49,343 bases of DNA from a virus (taxonomy: Duplodnaviria > Caudoviricetes): the IMG/VR virus record IMGVR_UViG_3300033143_003771, positions 1 to 49,343 of that record, one strand, 5' to 3'. The notes under the pieces were generated by a model. It saw nothing but the letters and a program-made list of their open reading frames with translations, searched no databases and was not told where the DNA came from. This document shows, in pieces, positions 1 through 8,689 of this stretch. Position numbers and translations under genes: made by a program. The stretch's first letter is position 1, and the number at the start of each line of letters is the position of its first letter.

Positions 1-6
1 CGAGCG

Positions 7-411
7 GTGAGGTGGATCGGGGATCGCCGCGCTCCGCTGGAGGATGTGATCGAGGACGCAACCGTGGCTGGCCTAGACGTCGACTGGGCGCTCCGTGCTC
101 TCGGGATGGACGGCTCCGGCTCCGGCTCCGGCTCCGGCGACGGCTCCGGCTCCGGCTCCGGCTCCGGCTTCGGATCCGGCGACGGCTTCGGCTACGGCGA
201 CGGCAAAGGCTCCGGATCCGGCTTCGGCTACGGCTCCGGCTCCGGCTCCGGCTACGGCAAAGGCTCCGGCTCCGGCTCCGGCTCCGGCGACGGCTTCGGC
301 TCCGGATCCGGCTACGGCTCCGGCGACGGCGACGGCTCCGGCGACGGCTCCGGCGACGGCAAAGGCTCCGGCTTCGGATCCGGCGACGGCGACGGCTCCG
401 GCAAAGGCTGA
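7..411 (+). CDS. Gly-Ser/Gly-Asp repeat phage protein (possibly 5' truncated by window edge)
   Basis: Short globular N-terminal segment followed by ~100 aa of (G-X)n with X=S,D,F,Y,K; GX-repeat proteins are common in phage early regions. Confidence 0.65.
   Translation: MRWIGDRRAPLEDVIEDATVAGLDVDWALRALGMDGSGSGSGSGDGSGSGSGSGFGSGDGFGYGDGKGSGSGFGYGSGSGSGYGKGSGSGSGSGDGFGSGSGYGSGDGDGSGDGSGDGKGSGFGSGDGDGSGKG
109..408 (+). repeat. Degenerate 6-bp tandem repeat (GGCTCC and variants GGCGAC, GGCTTC, GGCTAC, GGCAAA, GGATCC)
   Basis: Directly visible hexamer array encoding G-X dipeptides. Confidence 0.95.
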
Positions 412-415
412 TGGG

Positions 416-559
416 ATGAACTATGACCGCGCATGCAAACGCCGTACGGGTGCTGCTGGGATGAGGGGCATGGTGCTATCGCTGTTCCCCGGCATCGACC
501 TCATGGGGCGCGCATTCGAGGAGCAGGGCTGGAGCTTGTCCGTCGAGGTGTTGACGTAG
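416..559 (+). pseudogene. Truncated DNA cytosine-C5 methyltransferase (motif I only)
   Basis: MVLSLFPGIDLMGRAFEEQGW resembles C5-MTase motif I (LSLFxG...AFE..G); stop follows ~9 codons later, no PCQ catalytic motif. Confidence 0.55.
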
Positions 560-610
560 AACCGCCCCGGGCGCTGGGGCCAGCGCTGTCCGGATTGCGG
601 CAAGACCTAG

Positions 611-1099
611 TTAGCTCGCCCTCCTCCACACTAGTCCCGTCCCCTGGAACCAACTAGCGTCGAACCCAGGCCCGGGGTCCGTCTTCCCTGGGGTGATGTC
701 CGAGTGGCAGCACCACCACCGCAACCACCCCCCAAAAGCCTCCTCAAGGGTACCCGCCAGTGCTAGAAAACACTCCCGCTCGTAGTCGCTCCGCTGGTCC
801 TGATCCCAGGGGCCCGAGAGGGCGATCCCGATCCAGTGGTTACCCTCGCTGCCCGCGTGCCACGCCCGACGCTGAAGCGAAACGAGCTGGACGAAGCGAT
901 CGAGCTCCCCAGGCACCACATCCCAGGCGAGGTGGTAACTGATTGGCATCCGCAGCGCAGCGTCTGCGAGGTCCGCACCGACATTCCCAGAATGAACCAC
1001 GATCCCCTGGGGGGGCCGTCGCTGGCGGGAGTGGTGGGGATCGGGCCGACGCTGGTAGCCCGAGACCCAGCCGGGCCACTCAGCTGGTAGGCGCGGCAT
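611..1099 (-). CDS. Endolysin, N-acetylmuramoyl-L-alanine amidase (Amidase_2 family)
   Basis: IVVHS, SYH, QLVS..RRAWHAG, N..IGI, HSDITPGKTDPG motifs; start moved to ATG at 1099. Confidence 0.85.
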   Translation of the reverse strand: MPRLPAEWPGWVSGYQRRPDPHHSRQRRPPQGIVVHSGNVGADLADAALRMPISYHLAWDVVPGELDRFVQLVSLQRRAWHAGSEGNHWIGIALSGPWDQDQRSDYERECFLALAGTLEEAFGGWLRWWCCHSDITPGKTDPGPGFDASWFQGTGLVWRRAS

Positions 1100-1529
1100 G
1101 GGCGAGAAGCCTCCTCCAGATGCGCTCGACGCGGCGCCACCAGAACCGCGAGCCCCCATTGTAGAGCGCCCACCGGGAGCGTCGGCAGGCCTTGAGCTCG
1201 GGATCCCCGGCGCACCTCGAGCGGCTCCAGTCGAGGATCGAGGCGGCGACTGTGAGCGAGACCCGGGGCCGACGAAAAATCCAGCGCATTCGGCTCTGAC
1301 ATCCGGGGACAAACACCTGCCCCGGGCCGACGTCGCAGCCGTGAGAATGGTGCGCGACGATGTTCCTCCCGCCGCTCTCCGCGAGCACCACCGCCGCCAG
1401 GAGCCCCTCGGGGAGCTGCCACCGCTCCTCCTCCTGGAGGATCAGAGGCGCGAGCACCTCGGCCTGTGCCTGGGAAATGCGGCACTCGGGCTGTGAAAGC
1501 ATGGATAAAATCAACAGAGCAGGAGTCAC
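1080..1529 (-). CDS. Lytic transglycosylase (SLT/lysozyme-like) with N-terminal hydrophobic segment
   Basis: LLAAVVLAESGG (catalytic ES), GPGQV (GxxQ variant), ALYNGG; GTG start overlaps upstream TGA. Confidence 0.8.
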   Translation of the reverse strand: MTPALLILSMLSQPECRISQAQAEVLAPLILQEEERWQLPEGLLAAVVLAESGGRNIVAHHSHGCDVGPGQVFVPGCQSRMRWIFRRPRVSLTVAASILDWSRSRCAGDPELKACRRSRWALYNGGSRFWWRRVERIWRRLLAHAAPTS

Positions 1530-1951
1530 CGGAGAGCTTCCTCTACCCTGGTCCACGCCGCCCGATCCGGCCCCAGCCGCAGGTAGAGCCAGTTGGCAAG
1601 CTCATAGGTTATTAGTTCTCGCCATTTGGAGCGCATCAGCCAGATCCCGTTCCGGTGAGTGCACCCCGCGCCGAGCACTGCACCGCACATCTCCGGCTCA
1701 GCCACCACGCAGATCGCCGGGCGCCCTACCCTGCCCGCCGCCTCGGAATAGCTCTGGACCACCCCCTGTGCTGCCGCAGTCCGCAGGAGAGCGACGAGAG
1801 CGGCATCCGCCACCTCGAGGACCCCCGGATCTGGTAGGCACGCCTGAGCCGTCTCCAGAGGCCCAGTGGTGTGCTGCCAGGCGGGCGTCAGACCGTGGAG
1901 GCCGGACGAGGGGCAGCCGGCGAGGAACAGGGCCAGGAACAGGGGTCTCAC
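1526..1951 (-). CDS. Predicted lipoprotein, Cys-rich, lysis module
   Basis: GTG start overlapping upstream stop; MRPLFLALFLAG|C lipobox at Cys13. Confidence 0.6.
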   Translation of the reverse strand: MRPLFLALFLAGCPSSGLHGLTPAWQHTTGPLETAQACLPDPGVLEVADAALVALLRTAAAQGVVQSYSEAAGRVGRPAICVVAEPEMCGAVLGAGCTHRNGIWLMRSKWRELITYELANWLYLRLGPDRAAWTRVEEALR

Positions 1952-2142
1952 CGCTGGTGCTCCAGGGTGGCCTCGCGGAGGCGTTCCAGGTCCGAAGTGA
2001 GCTGCAGGTGGGCCTCGTCGAAGGTTGCCAGGTTGCTGACCAGGAGGTTGCGCAGCGAGCCGAGGAGCTCGGCGTGGTAGCGGGCCCGCTCGAGGGCCTT
2101 GATCAGTTCGGCCTGACGGGCGGCGTCGGGGATGTTGCTCAT
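1948..2142 (-). CDS. Small helical hypothetical protein
   Basis: 4-bp stop/start overlaps on both sides in the late operon. Confidence 0.6.
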   Translation of the reverse strand: MSNIPDAARQAELIKALERARYHAELLGSLRNLLVSNLATFDEAHLQLTSDLERLREATLEHQR

Positions 2143-2348
2143 TTGGGGATCGCCGCCTTGATCCGTTCCAGCGCTGCAGCGATGGCGGGTGCGCGGCTCG
2201 CATCCAGCTCCGCAACCTTGGCGTCGAACTCGTCGGCGGGGAGGGCATCCACCTGACCCATGAGCTTGACCACCGCGTCAATCGCCCCTGCAGCATCACC
2301 CGCGATGGCGGCGAGCTGGGCCAGTAGCATGAGGAGCTTCTCCATCAT
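2139..2348 (-). CDS. Small hypothetical protein with hydrophobic N-terminus
   Basis: Coupled to neighbours; MMEKLLMLLAQLAAIAG. Confidence 0.6.
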   Translation of the reverse strand: MMEKLLMLLAQLAAIAGDAAGAIDAVVKLMGQVDALPADEFDAKVAELDASRAPAIAAALERIKAAIPK

Positions 2349-2878
2349 GGCACCCCCAACAGCTCAAGCGCTCGATTCGCTTCGGCCAGCCCCTTACCCA
2401 CCGTCGCCATAGCGGACTGATACCCGACGAGAGCAGCATGGCAGCGCTGGAACGGAGCACACTTCTCAGGCGGCACCTTGCCGCATTTGCTGACTGCCGC
2501 GATGCACGCCTTCTCGGCCACGGGGATCGCGATCTTGTCAGCGAGGGCTACCGCGTCTAGTCCCTTCACCAGATAGCCTCTTGCCGTCGTTCCACAGGCC
2601 GAGAGCGAGCCGACGGCGATCACCAGGACGAAAGGGAGAAGCGTCACCTTCCCATTCTTCGTCGGCAGGATCGGGAGCTTCAGGTTGCCAGCCTTGCCTG
2701 GCGCATCGCCCGCCGAACGCAGGATAGAGAATACCTCCGTGACCCAGAGCAGCCAGCTGACCACCCCCTTGTGCTCCGACCACCGTCGAGTCGATGCGTT
2801 GAGGAGTTGGATAGCGATCCCCAGGGCCACAGTCAACCACCACCAGTTCTCTCCAAGCCATTTCGTTATCTGTCCCAT
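2345..2878 (-). CDS. Holin-like membrane protein fused to a lipoprotein-like C-terminal half
   Basis: Two N-terminal hydrophobic segments, then KNGK-VTLLPFVLVIAVGSLSA|C lipobox and a helical Cys-containing domain; RBS GGAG upstream. Confidence 0.6.
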   Translation of the reverse strand: MGQITKWLGENWWWLTVALGIAIQLLNASTRRWSEHKGVVSWLLWVTEVFSILRSAGDAPGKAGNLKLPILPTKNGKVTLLPFVLVIAVGSLSACGTTARGYLVKGLDAVALADKIAIPVAEKACIAAVSKCGKVPPEKCAPFQRCHAALVGYQSAMATVGKGLAEANRALELLGVP

Positions 2879-3237
2879 GTTTGTCGTCTCCTTCCGTTGG
2901 CCATCTTGCGGATATCGCGTTCCATACGTTTCTGCGATTGCTGGATTAGCCTCACGTCGGACTGAATCTTCTGGCGGATTTCCTTCGCCTCTTGCACATC
3001 CCTGACGTGTTCCAGGCGCGGTACATACCGCTCGCGCATATCCGGGTGTGCACGATCAACATCAGCGTCACGATGCATTTGCACGACCTTGGCAGCCACC
3101 TCTTCGACCTTGCTCTGCCCTACCACGAGCGCACTCCCGAGCGCAACTGCACCGCCGACGAGCATCATCAGCACACCGATGGTAATTGGTGAGCTCTTAA
3201 ACTTTTCCACCGTCATCTTCTCCGTTGGGGCTTTCAT
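2866..3237 (-). CDS. Single-TM coiled-coil protein (i-spanin/holin-like)
   Basis: ATG at 3237 overlaps upstream TGA; TM ITIGVLMMLVGGAVALGSALVVG followed by a charged heptad-like region. Confidence 0.6.
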   Translation of the reverse strand: MKAPTEKMTVEKFKSSPITIGVLMMLVGGAVALGSALVVGQSKVEEVAAKVVQMHRDADVDRAHPDMRERYVPRLEHVRDVQEAKEIRQKIQSDVRLIQQSQKRMERDIRKMANGRRRQTWDR

Positions 3238-4007
3238 GGGCACTGCGTTCCCACCGGCACCGGCGGACAGGTCTTGGTCACCCTGGCGTCCGGCGCCCAG
3301 CCCCAGCCGGTGGGCACCCGGGAGGGCAAGCGCTTCGCAGCTCCTGTCGTCGGGATCCCCCCGTCGGGGTCGTCGCTCCAGCCGTTGATCCAAACGCCCC
3401 CGTGGCGTAGCTGCTTCAGATAGTAGGGTCCGCCTCCGTCGCGGCAGGTTAGCACTTGGGCGGCGGTCCACGTTTTTGCTGTCACGGTCACCCGGCAATC
3501 GAGTGGGGGCCCAGCGTCCGTGGGGCCTGCGGAGGGAGGACACTGGACCGTGGTCGTCGGATTGGGCTGCCGCAGAGTCCCCGCGTCGGTCGTGACGCCA
3601 ACCAAAACTTTGGGAGCCAATTGAGCGCAGACAGCCGGCTTTCGGGGGAGCGATTCGACGGGCGCCGGCCCAATCACCGACGGCTTCTCCTTGGCCCAAA
3701 CCTTCAGAGCTTTATGGAAGAAGGTATCCTCAGAGACAATTACCCAGACCCAGTGCGTAGGTGTAGCTAATCTAAACACATGAGCAAAGTGTGACTTATC
3801 CTTGTACTCCCCATAGGCATCGACGAGTAGCCAGTGCGGCGTCTTCACTTGCACGTCAACGCGGTATATCGACGCCATGCACTGGGCGTCGAAGCAGGTG
3901 GGTAGCTCCATCATGTTCAGGTTCTTGGGGACCGCCATCAGCGTTCCGTAGCGGGCAGCCTGCGCCGGGAGCGAGAGGAGCGAAAGCAGAACGATAAGGA
4001 GTTTCAT
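3234..4007 (-). CDS. Secreted Cys-rich hypothetical protein
   Basis: Sec signal MKLLIVLLSLLSLPAQA|A; multiple Cys; RBS GAGGTG. Confidence 0.7.
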   Translation of the reverse strand: MKLLIVLLSLLSLPAQAARYGTLMAVPKNLNMMELPTCFDAQCMASIYRVDVQVKTPHWLLVDAYGEYKDKSHFAHVFRLATPTHWVWVIVSEDTFFHKALKVWAKEKPSVIGPAPVESLPRKPAVCAQLAPKVLVGVTTDAGTLRQPNPTTTVQCPPSAGPTDAGPPLDCRVTVTAKTWTAAQVLTCRDGGGPYYLKQLRHGGVWINGWSDDPDGGIPTTGAAKRLPSRVPTGWGWAPDARVTKTCPPVPVGTQCP

Positions 4008-4012
4008 CTATA

Positions 4013-7000
4013 TCACCTCTTTCCGAAGACGGTAAGATTGCGAATCAGGCCGTTGATGCAATTTCCTGCTGCATTATCCTGCCCGATGTGCAAATCCGTC
4101 GCTGCCGCCGGAGTCCAGGACCCGTTGAGATCTGTGGTGTAGGTTGGCCATGCCCCGTGGTAGCTGCTCTGATATGTGGCGCCGTAGGCGTGTCTCGCTG
4201 TCTGCGTCTGATCGGTGTAGAACTCCGTCGAATCATCGAAAACCACGGTCGCCGAGGTCAGCGTGTTGGTCTGAGCGTTGGCCAGCGAGATCCGTTGCTG
4301 CAGCGTTCCCGACGAATCGTAGATGTATGCCTCTGTCGTCGGAGCGAGCAGCCGGAGAGCACCGTTGAGATTGGCTCCGTTGTGAAGGTCAAAACCGTAG
4401 CCCCCGGCGTTGTTCGAGACCCCCGTCCAGTTGATCACCCCCTGCGCCCTGGTCCAGGTGCTCATCGACGCCGCCGGGATGTAATTCGACGAGGTCGCGT
4501 TGCAGGTAACCGTCGCGGCCGCAGTGGGGCAGTACACCATGAAATTGGTGGCGTTGTACGTAGAGAGAGATGCCCCCCACCAAAATACTGACTCCGTATC
4601 GGCGGTGATCTCCGTCTCCACTCGCGTATCGTTAAGTGTTGCTGTCCCAGTGACACAGAATCGTTGCCACGCGGATGTTGCGGTGAACGCGGTAGATGCG
4701 ACCACGGCGTGAGTGGAGTTGGTCACCAAGCGTAGGAAGCCGGCAACGTCGGACGCACCGTTGCGCTTGAGATACTGGCAGTATGTATGCGCCGAAGCAG
4801 CGATGGTGCCGAACACCTGCCGTAAGTCCCCCGCCCCAGCCGTCGCCGTCACAGTGTCAGCGGTGAACGTCCCATCAGGCGCCGCTGCGGTATTGGCCGA
4901 ATCTGAGGTGTTATTGTTCGCCCATGTCGTCGTAGCGTCCTGTGACTGCAACGCGATATTCGTCACCGCGTCGTGCACCGGCAACCCGAAGCCCAGCCGG
5001 TCGTTGTAATCGCCATTCATCGACGGGTGGAACGCGAAGGGCACCTCATTCGCCTGGAAGCAGCGCACCTTGATTCCGGTCACCGGATCGTTGTCCACGT
5101 CGAAGCAAGCCTTGTTGGTCCGGGCGTAAACTAAATCATCTACTGGAGAAGTGCCGGCGAGGTAGTAGGACGCTACCTCGGCGTCGGAAAGGGCGTAGTC
5201 CTTGAGAATCATCACGCCGGAATGCCCCACCGGCGTTGCAGCAAGCCCCGTTCCTAGTGCCAGATTCGACGCATTACCAGACGGGTCGCCAGTAGTAGTC
5301 GAGCCTGCGTTGTAGGCGAATGCCCCACCGTCAATGGAGATATAAGGCGTGTATGTCCCGCCAGAATGCACCACTTTTGCCGCGAGCAAATGCCAGGCAC
5401 CATCTGTCACGACGACGGCCGTCGTCGTCGTGGCCAGCCCAGCCTCCGACGTATTAAACCGAAACCTTGGTTGCCCCGACGCATCAAACGCCAGATCGTA
5501 GTAATCGTTCGCTGCGCCTTTGGCAATCAGCAGTTGTGCTGCGGCGGGAACAACATTGGTTCTGAACCAACCGATCAATGAAAAGGATTGCGCATTGCTG
5601 GGGGTAGCCGGCACCCCGCTACCTGCATCGTGGTGATCTCCAGCGGCGGCATACTCCACCGCCTGCTTCACCAACCCGGTCCCCGCCGGCCATGGCATGT
5701 CGAAGTAGCGCGGGTCGGGGGTGCCGTTGACGACGGTGAGGTGGTTCCCGTTGCCCGAGCGATCTCTGATCCCCGTCCCGTTGAACAAGAAACTTTCGTT
5801 CATCGCGTAGTGAGCGACGGTGTTGGCGTCGTCGATCCAGTAGGTGCCGTCCTGGATGGTCTGCTTGTAGCGGGCGAGAATTGTCGCTGCGGAGTCGGCG
5901 GTGTTGCGGACTCGGACCTCGGCGATCTGTCCCTCGAACCAATATGCCCCATCTCCTCCACCGACTACGAAAGGTTTTCCGTTCGCAAACGCACCGGAGG
6001 CACCGACCCCCGCGCATGTGACAGCGACGGATACTCCATCCACGTAAATAACGGGATTGGACCAAGTGCCTGACAGCGTCGACGTAAACGAGACGTGATG
6101 CCACTCACCGAGAGCTAGAACCGCGTTGGTTTTGCAATAGTTCCAAGCACCGCCCCCCTTGAACCATGCGTAGACGGTTCCGTTGCCTGCCTCGGTCATC
6201 AAGCAATAGCCGTCGTTATCCCCGGCGTTGTTCGAACCGAAAATTTGCTGCCAGCCCGCCCAACTCATCTGTCGGTAGATCGCTTCACCGGTGATCTGAG
6301 TCCACCCCGACGGGTCAAGAACAGAAGTCGAAGAAGCCTCCAGCGACTCACTGCTCCGATTGAAATTGATACTCCGTCGCCCGTTCCCTCGCGCCAGGAG
6401 CCCGGTCCACGCCTGGTAGCGAGGAGTGCCCGACGGAGCGAGAGCCACATCGTTGATCCGGTCGTAAAGTGAACCGCTATACTCGCTGGTGTCCCAGATC
6501 CAGCAGTCCGCCGAGTCTACCCCCGACGGGCATTCGAAACGAGGGATCGCCTGGGCTTCCAAGTACGCATGACTGGAGAAGTCGGCGTTGATCACCAGGG
6601 TGGAATCATCCGGCCGCACCGTTTGCGACGGCCTGGCGTAGACCGCCGTGCGCTCGATCACTCCAAAGGAATTGAAACCAACGACGGTTGTTTGATTGCC
6701 GTCGTAGTCGTTCTTGTAGATCGGCGAGTAAGGGATCTGGGAAGTCGCGTTGTAAGGAATCGGTGACAGCACCGGAGGATGCACCGTCGTGATGTTGTTG
6801 TCCGTGAAGGAGATGTAACGCCGGGGATTGGTGTTGGTAATTCCTGATGCTTTGTCGGTATCCCACGACGCAGCGCGGACGTGCTTCTCTTCTCCCTCCT
6901 GCATCGGCTTCCCGACAGTATATCCCTCAACCGTGCCCCCCGAATCTTGGAGAACGAAATAATGGGACGGCATCGAAGTCAAAACCGCAATGCCGTTGCC

Positions 7001-8677
7001 CGATCCCAGGGCCAGCAGATAGCCCGCTGTCAACGGATTGTCATTCAGCGGCGCACCAAACTCCGGCCACTCCGCCGCTGTGACCTCCATCTCGCCCCTG
7101 TAGTACAGCGACGGCATGTGGCTGAGCTTGTCCGTCCAGCTCGCCGTATAGTAGCTGGCATTGCAGGTTTGCGACACGGCTCCAATCGTCGAGGTGCAGG
7201 GCGGGGTAAGATTGTCTGCTTCGTACTGGGCATCCGAAAAAGCGTAGATACAATCAGTCCCGCCGTTGCGCGACAACTGAAGCTGCTTCGCCTCTGCAGC
7301 GGTTATCCCATCAATCTGAACGCGCAACCACGTTGCCCCCGTCCCCAACGTAGCGTAAGCCGTAGTGCCATTATACAATCGGATATCGCAGGATGTTCCG
7401 CTGACATATTTATAAAAAAGCGAACCCGCCCAACGTTCGCCCGCCGCGATATTCCCTCCTCCCACTACCGCCCTGGTTAATGTCGAAGCGCCGTTGGCGA
7501 ACTGCACTTTTTCGGCAGTCATGCTACCGTCTGGGGCCTCATAAAAATTAGCTGTAACCGTTGGCGCACCACCCCCACCGGCGCCCACCCACTGATCGAA
7601 CTCATTGACATACCCGATCACGTTGATCGTCGCTGGCCAGCCTGGAAAACCGATGCCCAGCGGGTTTGCGTTTGTCGTCGCATCCACCAGCGTAGCCGCG
7701 TACATCGCCGGCCACTGGGGCGCTGTCGCGGACCCGGCGTAGACCCCCAGGCGCTCGCCCTTGGCATCCGGCGGAAGCGGGAACTTCCGCGTCTTCGTCT
7801 GCGCGAACGTGATCCCCGTCTGGACCTTGAACGCCTTGTAGGCTGCCAGCGATTCCGCCGTGGTCATCAGTCCATCAGCCATCATAACTTCGGAAAGCAA
7901 CCCGTCGAGGTAGTTCGAACCGGCGGCTAGCCGCCCGATCTGAAACGGCGAGGCCACAGTGATCGTGTTCGGATTGCCGGTGATATCGAGCGTCACTCCC
8001 GACGCTACCCCATCCACATCGGCCGTCGCGTCCCCCGAACGATCAAATTTCACCACAACGAAATGCCATGCCCCTGTCGATAGCGCAGCTGTCACAGCCC
8101 CGTTAGTCGCTGCGCCGGAATCGTCGATGGTCGCTTCGATCACGCCACTACTGTTGATTAGAACAGCAAATCCTTCCGATCCATCATACTTGTTGATGAT
8201 GTACTGGTCCGCCCCCGGGGGGGCTTCGATGCGAATCCAAAATGCAGCACTGAAATCGTTTGTCGTCTGATCCCCGACGGTGTTCCCTCCGGAAACGAAG
8301 TAATCGGTGGCAGACGCCAGAAAATGGATCCCAGTCCGCGTGAACCCGTCGCTCATCGGAATCGGCGTGAACAGGGAGTAGGTCGGGGTGCCGTTGGCCG
8401 TCAGCACCGCCGAGTCGCCGGAGAGATCGTCGGTGATGTTGCCCGACGACTCCTGCATCTTCCAGCGGAAGCACTTCGTCGCCGCAGCAGGGCAAATCAG
8501 CCAGTCCTGAGCATGGCGATTGAGGTACTCACGCGAGGCATGTGTGTACCCCGAGAGCAGCGGCCGTTGCATCGTTGACGAGGGAGCTCCGGGGTAGAAC
8601 ACCCCCACGGCAGTCGCAGCGGTGAGGGCCGCGCCGATAGCGATGGGCTTCCATCGGGACTTGATCCAGGAGAACAT
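4013..8677 (-). CDS. Giant LamG/concanavalin-A-like lectin repeat protein (receptor-binding, fibre or adhesin)
   Basis: Three LamG-like domains (GAWHFVV, GEWHHVSF..IYVDG..FEGQIAEVRV, DGAWHLLA) and two APDG..TA carbohydrate-binding-like modules; position after baseplate genes. Confidence 0.85.
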   Translation of the reverse strand: MFSWIKSRWKPIAIGAALTAATAVGVFYPGAPSSTMQRPLLSGYTHASREYLNRHAQDWLICPAAATKCFRWKMQESSGNITDDLSGDSAVLTANGTPTYSLFTPIPMSDGFTRTGIHFLASATDYFVSGGNTVGDQTTNDFSAAFWIRIEAPPGADQYIINKYDGSEGFAVLINSSGVIEATIDDSGAATNGAVTAALSTGAWHFVVVKFDRSGDATADVDGVASGVTLDITGNPNTITVASPFQIGRLAAGSNYLDGLLSEVMMADGLMTTAESLAAYKAFKVQTGITFAQTKTRKFPLPPDAKGERLGVYAGSATAPQWPAMYAATLVDATTNANPLGIGFPGWPATINVIGYVNEFDQWVGAGGGGAPTVTANFYEAPDGSMTAEKVQFANGASTLTRAVVGGGNIAAGERWAGSLFYKYVSGTSCDIRLYNGTTAYATLGTGATWLRVQIDGITAAEAKQLQLSRNGGTDCIYAFSDAQYEADNLTPPCTSTIGAVSQTCNASYYTASWTDKLSHMPSLYYRGEMEVTAAEWPEFGAPLNDNPLTAGYLLALGSGNGIAVLTSMPSHYFVLQDSGGTVEGYTVGKPMQEGEEKHVRAASWDTDKASGITNTNPRRYISFTDNNITTVHPPVLSPIPYNATSQIPYSPIYKNDYDGNQTTVVGFNSFGVIERTAVYARPSQTVRPDDSTLVINADFSSHAYLEAQAIPRFECPSGVDSADCWIWDTSEYSGSLYDRINDVALAPSGTPRYQAWTGLLARGNGRRSINFNRSSESLEASSTSVLDPSGWTQITGEAIYRQMSWAGWQQIFGSNNAGDNDGYCLMTEAGNGTVYAWFKGGGAWNYCKTNAVLALGEWHHVSFTSTLSGTWSNPVIYVDGVSVAVTCAGVGASGAFANGKPFVVGGGDGAYWFEGQIAEVRVRNTADSAATILARYKQTIQDGTYWIDDANTVAHYAMNESFLFNGTGIRDRSGNGNHLTVVNGTPDPRYFDMPWPAGTGLVKQAVEYAAAGDHHDAGSGVPATPSNAQSFSLIGWFRTNVVPAAAQLLIAKGAANDYYDLAFDASGQPRFRFNTSEAGLATTTTAVVVTDGAWHLLAAKVVHSGGTYTPYISIDGGAFAYNAGSTTTGDPSGNASNLALGTGLAATPVGHSGVMILKDYALSDAEVASYYLAGTSPVDDLVYARTNKACFDVDNDPVTGIKVRCFQANEVPFAFHPSMNGDYNDRLGFGLPVHDAVTNIALQSQDATTTWANNNTSDSANTAAAPDGTFTADTVTATAGAGDLRQVFGTIAASAHTYCQYLKRNGASDVAGFLRLVTNSTHAVVASTAFTATSAWQRFCVTGTATLNDTRVETEITADTESVFWWGASLSTYNATNFMVYCPTAAATVTCNATSSNYIPAASMSTWTRAQGVINWTGVSNNAGGYGFDLHNGANLNGALRLLAPTTEAYIYDSSGTLQQRISLANAQTNTLTSATVVFDDSTEFYTDQTQTARHAYGATYQSSYHGAWPTYTTDLNGSWTPAAATDLHIGQDNAAGNCINGLIRNLTVFGKR

Positions 8678-8689
8678 GGGTGCCTCCGG

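Noticed and set aside
109-408. Possible CRISPR array
   Set aside because: Contiguous 6-bp units with no unique spacers and no cas genes
12-559. Arg-Leu and Ala-Pro repeat ORFs in the other two plus frames
   Set aside because: They are shifted readings of the same hexamer array; the Gly-X frame has a plausible N-terminal domain and matches a known phage protein type
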